64,000 nt of DNA from an uncultured Dehalococcoidia bacterium. Its GTDB lineage: Bacteria > Chloroflexota > Dehalococcoidia > DSTF01 > RBG-16-68-14. Positions 59,068 through 64,000 of this stretch are shown piece after piece (the stretch's first letter is position 1; each line of letters begins with the position of its first letter). Below the pieces are notes generated by a model, which did no database searches, had not been told where the DNA came from, and worked only from the letters and a program-made list of their open reading frames with translations. The translations under genes and the position numbers were made by a program. The stretch lies in NCBI GenBank assembly GCA_964406605.1, contig CAYOSF010000001.1:212303-276302 (forward strand), in the 5' to 3' direction.

Positions 59068-59343
59068 GTGGCTATCGCAACTATCTCTGCCAAGGGGTGG
59101 GTCGTCATCCCGCAGGAAATCCGCAAGCGGTACGGCCTGAAAAAGGGCGACAAGGTTCATATCATCGACTACGCCGGGCGTATCGCCATCGTCCCTGCTC
59201 TCAAGGACCCGGTCCGACAAGCACGAGGGATGCTCAGGGGTGGGCCCTCGCTGACAAAGGCGCTGCTGGAGGAGCGTCGCTGGGAGCTGGAGAAGGAAGA
59301 GCGGAAGCTCCAGCGCTGGTCGGGCGATGCCAAGGCACAGTAG
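59068..59343 (+). CDS. vapB: AbrB/MazE/SpoVT-type antitoxin (VapB-like)
   Basis: The protein contains VAIATISAKGWVVIPQEIRKRYGLKKGDKVHII (looped-hinge helix swapped-hairpin fold). It is 4 nt upstream of a PIN-domain gene. Confidence 0.7.
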   Translation: MAIATISAKGWVVIPQEIRKRYGLKKGDKVHIIDYAGRIAIVPALKDPVRQARGMLRGGPSLTKALLEERRWELEKEERKLQRWSGDAKAQ

Positions 59344-59347
59344 TCCC

Positions 59348-59767
59348 ATGCCGGTCCGATTTGTGCTGGATTCTTTCGCGGTAATGGCGCTCTTGCTGGA
59401 CGAGCAGGGAGCGGCCAGAGTCGAGGAGCTGCTAGAAGGGGCTGGCATGGGAGAGCATGAACTATACATAACGGTCGTCAATCTGGGGGAGGTTCTCTAC
59501 ACGTTCGAGAACCGACGCGATATGGAGGCCGCTCAGGAGGCGCTGGCCTTTGTTGACCAATCGCCTATCGAGATCGTAGAAGTCGATCGATCTCTGGCCC
59601 TGAACGCGGCACGGCTGAAGGCGACGACGGGGATGGGCTACGTCGACTGTTTTGTCGCGGGCTGCGCTCAGCGCCTGGATGCTGCCGTCGTCACCGGCGA
59701 CCCTGACTTCCGGCGAGTCGAGGATCTGGTGGCCATCGAGTGGTTGCCAGGGGCTGAGGAGGAGTAG
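59348..59767 (+). CDS. vapC: PIN-domain ribonuclease toxin (VapC-like)
   Basis: The protein starts MPVRFVLDSFAV (first acidic residue) and contains ...GEVLYTFE..., VDCFVAGCAQRLDAAVVTGDPDF, in the pattern of conserved PIN acidic residues. Confidence 0.75.
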   Translation: MPVRFVLDSFAVMALLLDEQGAARVEELLEGAGMGEHELYITVVNLGEVLYTFENRRDMEAAQEALAFVDQSPIEIVEVDRSLALNAARLKATTGMGYVDCFVAGCAQRLDAAVVTGDPDFRRVEDLVAIEWLPGAEEE

Positions 59768-59924
59768 TGGCTCTCGCAGGAGACCCAGCGGTGTCGAGGC
59801 GTTCTGCCAGAGGGAGAAGCAGCGGCAGTGAAGTTGGCCGTAGGTCACGGATCAATGATAGCGAACACATGTTCTATCCGCAACCCCGACGGGACGGCAT
59901 TGCAGTAGGGGATACCGCTCAGCC

Positions 59925-60605
59925 ATGGCCCGCCTCCGGACGCTGAGGGAAGCCTTTCTGGCCGGTCTCTTCGTGGTGTTCCTGGCCGGCACCCTGTTCG
60001 GCTCGGCCGGCCGCGTCGACTGGCCGATGGCGTGGGCCTACCTCGCCGTCTACCTGGCGTTCACCGTGGGCGCCTTCTTCGTCCTCGACCCGGAGCTGAT
60101 CCGGGAGCGCGGTAGGGCGGAGAGCGGGATCGAGCGAAGGGACGCGGCGCTGGCGAGCTTCGCCTTCATCTGGCTGTATCCGTTGCCGCTCATCGTCGCG
60201 GGGCTGGACACTGGTCGCTACGGCTGGTCGCCGGACATTCCGTTGGCGGCGCAGGCGGCGGCTCTGGCGATCTTCGCGCTCGCGCTCGGCTTCGCGTTCT
60301 GGGCGATGATGGTCAACCGGTTCTTCTCGACGTTCGTCAGGATCCAGAGCGAGCGCGGGCACCACGTCGTGACCGGCGGGCCCTACGCGTACGTCCGTCA
60401 CCCGGGCTACAGCGGCACCATCCTGTCGACGGTTGTGCTGCCCATCGCGCTTGGGTCCTTGTGGGCGCTCATCCCCGCGTGCATCGGGGGGTTCCTGTTC
60501 GCCGTTCGCACGCAGCTCGAGGACAGGACGCTACAGGAGGAACTGACCGGGTATCGCGAGTACGCGGCGAACGTCCGCTGGCGTCTGCTTCCCGGCGTGT
60601 GGTGA
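59925..60605 (+). CDS. isoprenylcysteine carboxyl methyltransferase (ICMT/PEMT) family membrane methyltransferase
   Basis: Multiple TM segments are followed by the C-terminal VVTGGPYAYVRHPGYSG...FLFAVRTQLED...EE SAM-binding signature. Confidence 0.75.
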   Translation: MARLRTLREAFLAGLFVVFLAGTLFGSAGRVDWPMAWAYLAVYLAFTVGAFFVLDPELIRERGRAESGIERRDAALASFAFIWLYPLPLIVAGLDTGRYGWSPDIPLAAQAAALAIFALALGFAFWAMMVNRFFSTFVRIQSERGHHVVTGGPYAYVRHPGYSGTILSTVVLPIALGSLWALIPACIGGFLFAVRTQLEDRTLQEELTGYREYAANVRWRLLPGVW

Positions 60606-60658
60606 CGGGCGGGGTACGTTGGCGGTGTCCCGGTGACGGAGTCTCCGCTTCCAGGTAG

Positions 60659-61042
60659 CTACGGCTTCGGCGGCGGCTCGTAGGAGAAGATCGTCTTCAC
60701 CGGCGGCAGCAAGAACGGTGGCGCGGTGGCCGAGACGTAGATGAGCGGCTCGTCGCCGGGGTTGTAGATGGCGTGGTCGGTCTTGGGCGGGACGAAGACC
60801 ATCGTGCCCGGCCCGACCTCCTCTTGCTCCTCTGCGACTTTCATCAGCCCGCGACCGCGGACGATGACGTAGACCTGCTCGTTGTCTGGGTGGGCGTGCA
60901 TGGCTTGCTCGCTGCCGGGCTCTCCCTCCACCCAGGTGATGGACATATTGGACGATCCGAACTGGCCCTTGGTCAGCAGGAGGTACGAGACCTGACCGCC
61001 GCGATGGTTGCGCGGGCTTTCTTCGATGGTCTGCGTGTGCAT
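60659..61042 (-). CDS. cupin-domain protein
   Basis: The protein contains HAHPDNEQVYVIVRGRG...GTMVFVPPKTDHAIYNPG (cupin motifs 1 and 2). The start is taken at the internal Met MHTQTIEE. Confidence 0.7.
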   Translation of the reverse strand: MHTQTIEESPRNHRGGQVSYLLLTKGQFGSSNMSITWVEGEPGSEQAMHAHPDNEQVYVIVRGRGLMKVAEEQEEVGPGTMVFVPPKTDHAIYNPGDEPLIYVSATAPPFLLPPVKTIFSYEPPPKP

Positions 61043-61119
61043 CTGGGTTCCTCCGTCCCCATTGGCGTCCTTCGTTGCTGAGGGCGAGTGTAGCACGGGC
61101 GGGTGGGGGAGCTAGGGAC

Positions 61120-61410
61120 TCACCCATACCGCTGCTCCCACCACGATCCCTTGATCTCGTCTCGGAACGCGGTCACCACGCGACCGTCCTCCAGCAGCAG
61201 CTCGTAGTAGGTGCGGGAGACGGGCTCCGCCGTCCACCAGCGGTCGTCCGTCCGGTAGCGGTCCAGCACCTCGTCCACCCCTAGCCAGCGACCGTTGCGC
61301 AGGAGCGCGCTCGGGGCGCCGTCGACGCCCGCGCGCACCTCGACCTGCCGGGGAGCGTTCAGGCGTCGTAGGGTAGGAGGGCGTTCCGCTCCTCCGGGTG
61401 TCGGGACCAC
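61120..61410 (-). CDS. small Trp-rich ORF overlapping the imuB 3' end by 52 nt; probably the detached C-terminal domain of ImuB (frameshift or split gene)
   Basis: The 96-aa ORF lies in a different frame and ends in ...RWWTAEPVSRTYYELLLEDGRVVTAFRDEIKGSWWEQRYG. The ImuB-like ORF is about 100-130 aa shorter than typical ImuB proteins. A GTG start is also possible just after the imuB stop. Confidence 0.4.
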   Translation of the reverse strand: MVPTPGGAERPPTLRRLNAPRQVEVRAGVDGAPSALLRNGRWLGVDEVLDRYRTDDRWWTAEPVSRTYYELLLEDGRVVTAFRDEIKGSWWEQRYG

Positions 61411-62531
61411 GGGTCCACCTCCTCGATGCGCCAGATCATCGGCCGGCCGTAGCGGGCGCGGAGCTGCCGGATGGCCTCGGCGATCTGGTTGAGGTTCTGC
61501 TTCGTGTCGTTGAAGAGCTTGGCCTGCTTCGCCACCTCCCGGCCGATACCGGTCAGGGTGACGGTGACGGTATCGACGGCCTGGGGCAGCTCCAGCAGCG
61601 CCAGGCGGGTCTTGAGCACGAGTGTCATGAGGCGCTCGTCCCCGGTGGGCTCCCGGAACGTCTCGAACCGCTCCCAGACGATGCGCTCCTCGGCCAGGAG
61701 CTGGACGTGCATGCGGCGCGCCGTGCGCCCTCGCAGGCGGCGGACCAGGCGCGCCAGGAGCTGCCGGCCGGCCATCGTCAGCGCCTCCGTCGTCGCCACG
61801 GGAGCATCGAAGCTCAGCCGGTCGCTGAGCGCCTGCTGGCGCTTGCGGGGGTGGAGCGGCTCCTCATCGATGCCGCTGGCCAGCTCCCAGAGGCGCTTGC
61901 CGGCGCGGCGGAACTGCGCCTCGACGGACGGCTGGGGCAGGGCGGCGACGTCGCCCAGCGTGCGTAGGGCGAGCAGATCGAGTCGTTGTATGACATCCAG
62001 ATCGAAGGGGAGGAGGGAGACGTCCTTGTCCTGAAGGAACTCCTGCTCGTGGCCTTTCGGGACGACGCCGGCATCGCCCGGAGGGGTGATGGACGCGGCG
62101 GCCCAGGCGACGAACTTCCCTTCCGCGATGCCGGTGCCGGCGAGCAGGCCCGTCGCCCGGCGGGCCGCTTCGACCAAGTCTCCGGCCAGGACGAACTCGT
62201 CCTCGTAGTGGCCCTGGAGCCCTTGTATGTCGGCGTAGGCGCAGCCGAGCCCGGCGGGCTCGACCTGAGGAGCGACGTCCTCCAGACCGTCCAGCATCGC
62301 CTCGAACGCGGCGCGGTAGAGGGCGTGGTCGGCATCGATGAAGGCGGCGTGTGGGCAGAGGGCCTTCGCCTGCCGGAGCGGCAGCCCTTCGCAGACTCCC
62401 GCGGCGTCGGGCGACGCGTCGAGGACGGTGTGCCGGTCGTAGACGATGACCGGTCCGCCCGTGGTGGACGGGTCTCGCAGCGATTCCACCACGACGGCGA
62501 AGGAGGGGATGAGGACGCAGGCGATACGCAC
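61359..62531 (-). CDS. imuB: catalytically inactive Y-family polymerase, ImuB-like
   Basis: It has the Y-family fold. The N-terminal MRIACVLIPSFAVVVE replaces the DinB catalytic D-x-D (VDMDCFFAAVE). LGCAYADI replaces the S-(L/I)-D-E-A-Y-L-D acidic pair. A GTG start has a GGGAG Shine-Dalgarno. Confidence 0.75.
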   Translation of the reverse strand: MRIACVLIPSFAVVVESLRDPSTTGGPVIVYDRHTVLDASPDAAGVCEGLPLRQAKALCPHAAFIDADHALYRAAFEAMLDGLEDVAPQVEPAGLGCAYADIQGLQGHYEDEFVLAGDLVEAARRATGLLAGTGIAEGKFVAWAAASITPPGDAGVVPKGHEQEFLQDKDVSLLPFDLDVIQRLDLLALRTLGDVAALPQPSVEAQFRRAGKRLWELASGIDEEPLHPRKRQQALSDRLSFDAPVATTEALTMAGRQLLARLVRRLRGRTARRMHVQLLAEERIVWERFETFREPTGDERLMTLVLKTRLALLELPQAVDTVTVTLTGIGREVAKQAKLFNDTKQNLNQIAEAIRQLRARYGRPMIWRIEEVDPWSRHPEERNALLPYDA

Positions 62532-62569
62532 GGACGCTCCCTGGTACGCTCACAGAGGTGGCAAGGACG

Positions 62570-62598
62570 ATTATATCAGAACGAATGTTCCATAGCAA
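62570..62598 (-). promoter_or_regulatory. sigma70-type promoter with an embedded LexA-type Cheo box upstream of imuB
   Basis: On the minus strand the sequence is TTGCTA, then TGGAACATTCGTTCTGA (17 nt), then TATAAT. The spacer contains the palindrome GAAC-ATTC-GTTC (plus strand AGAACGAATGTTCC, 62578-62591). This matches CGAACRNRYGTTYC in 12 of 14 positions. Confidence 0.6.
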
Positions 62599-62611
62599 GA
62601 AGGACAGGGAA

Positions 62612-62637
62612 CTGACGCCGGCCCGCCCCGGCGTCAG
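62612..62637 (-). terminator. GC-rich hairpin; probable terminator of the upstream substrate-binding-protein gene
   Basis: The sequence CTGACGCCGG-cccgcc-CCGGCGTCAG has a perfect 10-bp stem. On the minus strand it is followed by UUCCCUGUCCUUCUUGCU. Confidence 0.45.
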
Positions 62638-62639
62638 CG

Positions 62640-62760
62640 TGCCTCAGGCGCCGGAGCGGCCGCGCGAAGCCCCTCCCTCACCCCGGCCTTCGGCCACCCC
62701 TCTCCCTCGTCCACGAGGGAGAGGGGCGAGGGTGAAGGGGTACCCGAAGCGACTTGGCGG
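62640..62760. repeat. structured palindromic (MITE/REP-like) element in the intergenic region
   Basis: Nested inverted repeats are present: CCCCTCTCCCT-cgtccacg-AGGGAGAGGGG, and outer arms CCCTCCCTCACCCC / GGGTGAAGGGG. Its translation gives a spurious Pro/Arg-rich ORF (62558-62791). Confidence 0.4.
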
Positions 62761-62787
62761 TTGGCTCCCAACCAAGCTGGGACAGCG

Positions 62788-64000
62788 CTAGCCGCCGATC
62801 CGCTCGTTGTAGTCGGCGATGGCTCTGTTTGACTCCTCCTCGGCCTGGCGCAACGCGTCCTCCGGAGATTGGCCCTGCAGGAGCATGCGCTCGATGGCCG
62901 TCGTGATCGCCTCCCGCACCTCGGCGTAAGGGCCCATAACGGGGCCGGCGCTGGCCACATTGGTGACACCCGACAGCAACTGGTCGTAGGCCACCTTGAA
63001 CTGGGGCCGCTCCGCCCAGAGTTCCGTCACCGGGGGCAGCTCAATCGCGGACTTCCGGATCGGAAGGTAGCCGGTCCCCGCGTGCCAGGTGGCCTGCTGC
63101 TCAGGCTCGTCCAGCCACTGGGCAAAGACGCGGGCGGCCTCCTGCTTCTCGGGGGACGAGTGGTTGGAGATCCAGAGAGAAGCGCCTCCAACGAGCACGC
63201 CACCCTCACCCTCGATGCCGGGCATCGGCGCCACACCGACTTCGACGTCGGGGAACTGGCCGCTCTCGAGCACCTGGTAGACCGAACCGAGGGCCGCCGA
63301 CGAGCCGATGGTCATGGCGGCGTCCCCGGCGGCGATGGCCAGGAGGTGGTCGGCACCGGAGGGGTTCCGGCCCACGTTCAGAGCGAGGCCGTCATCCACC
63401 ATGTCCTTGAGCCAGGTGAAGATCTCCAAGCCCAGGTCGTTGTTGAAGAGGACTTCGGTCGCGCGCGCATCCCGGCCGTTACCGTTGTTCACGTAGGGTT
63501 CGCCGGCCTTGGCGAACCACTGCTCCATGTACCAGGCGGACAACTCCATGGCCATGCCGTGATTGGCCGCACCCGAGTCCACAATGGCCTGCGAAGCCTC
63601 GCGCAGGTCCTCGAACGTGCGGGGCGGGTCCTCGGGGTCGAGGCCGGCCTTGGTGAACGCGGTCTTGTTGTAGTACAGCACCGGGTTCGAGACGTTGAAC
63701 GGCATCGGCCATAGGGTGCCCTCCACCGTGTAGAAGGCGATGACCCGGTCCAAGAAGTCCGACGTGTCGTAGCCCTCCGCATCGATACAGGCCTGGGCCG
63801 GGACGGCGCTGCCGCTATCGATCATGATGCGATTGGCGGTGTCCTCCAGTTGGGCGATGTCCGGCAGGGCGCCGCCTCGGAGGGCGGTGATGTACTTGTC
63901 CAGCGCCTCGCTGTAACTGCCCTGGAAGATGGCGTTAACGCGCACCTTGTCTTGGGAGTCGTTGAAATCGCTCACCATGCGCTGCAGCGTCTCCTCGCTG
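62788..64000 (-). CDS. ABC-transporter extracellular solute-binding protein (family 1, sugar/glycerol-phosphate type); the N-terminus lies beyond the window end
   Basis: The ORF is 396 aa or more with SBP_bac_1-like sequence (…VDSGAANHGMAMELSAWYMEQWF…). The reading frame continues to position 64000 without a start codon. Confidence 0.8.
   Translation of the reverse strand, partial: SEETLQRMVSDFNDSQDKVRVNAIFQGSYSEALDKYITALRGGALPDIAQLEDTANRIMIDSGSAVPAQACIDAEGYDTSDFLDRVIAFYTVEGTLWPMPFNVSNPVLYYNKTAFTKAGLDPEDPPRTFEDLREASQAIVDSGAANHGMAMELSAWYMEQWFAKAGEPYVNNGNGRDARATEVLFNNDLGLEIFTWLKDMVDDGLALNVGRNPSGADHLLAIAAGDAAMTIGSSAALGSVYQVLESGQFPDVEVGVAPMPGIEGEGGVLVGGASLWISNHSSPEKQEAARVFAQWLDEPEQQATWHAGTGYLPIRKSAIELPPVTELWAERPQFKVAYDQLLSGVTNVASAGPVMGPYAEVREAITTAIERMLLQGQSPEDALRQAEEESNRAIADYNERIGG

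Noticed and set aside
62558-62791. 77-aa ORF (MARTIISERMF...) in the intergenic region upstream of imuB
   Set aside because: It is entirely encoded by the palindromic repeat element. The Pro/Arg-rich translation is a by-product of the repeat rather than a gene.
1-64000. CRISPR arrays or cas genes
   Set aside because: No short direct repeats with regular spacing were seen anywhere in the window. The only tandem periodicity is the 156-bp coding repeat in the propeller gene.

Overview
This is a 64-kb, high-GC (roughly 65-70%), gene-dense bacterial chromosomal window: about 60 protein genes, 2 tRNAs, no rRNA and no CRISPR array. Gene content and codon style look like a Chloroflexi or Thermomicrobia-type genome, but that is inference only.

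The window is mostly core metabolism. It holds a partial UDP-glucose dehydrogenase, serS, and a 2-oxoglutarate:ferredoxin oxidoreductase operon (korA-korB) bracketed by two CBS-domain genes. It also holds an almost complete pyrimidine operon (pyrR-pyrB-pyrC-carA-carB-pyrK, with pyrD located separately) that has a recognisable PyrR attenuator and several accessory genes spliced in by translational coupling. Further core genes are an argF-like transcarbamylase, cdaA-cdaR-der-plsY, aconitase and an enolase-superfamily enzyme. A split MFE-2-like beta-oxidation module with duplicated SDR genes, an aminotransferase plus amidase pair, a GT4 glycosyltransferase and an HdrD/GlcF-like Fe-S protein are also present.

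The most unusual content is a dispersed SOS-mutasome locus at 55.5-62.6 kb. A catalytically dead Y-family polymerase (imuB-like) appears split by a frameshift and sits behind a sigma70-type promoter that embeds a GAAC-N4-GTTC LexA-type box. Nearby is a DnaE2-like polymerase whose reading frame carries two in-frame insertions of the same roughly 85-130 bp MITE-like palindromic element in opposite orientations. A vapBC module and a second MITE-like repeat lie alongside.

Other notable items are a second GAAC-N4-GTTC operator sitting exactly on a strong promoter at 49.97-50.02 kb, and a secreted 7-repeat cysteine-paired beta-propeller-like protein with a C-terminal dockerin domain that is translationally coupled to an S9 peptidase. 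There is also a NYN-domain protein coupled to a receiver-only response regulator, and an orphan DNA methyltransferase plus P-loop kinase downstream of pyrK.

Many long ORFs in the six-frame track are antisense or alternate-frame artefacts of the high GC content and were not called. Fine coordinates of small motifs are plus or minus 2 nt.
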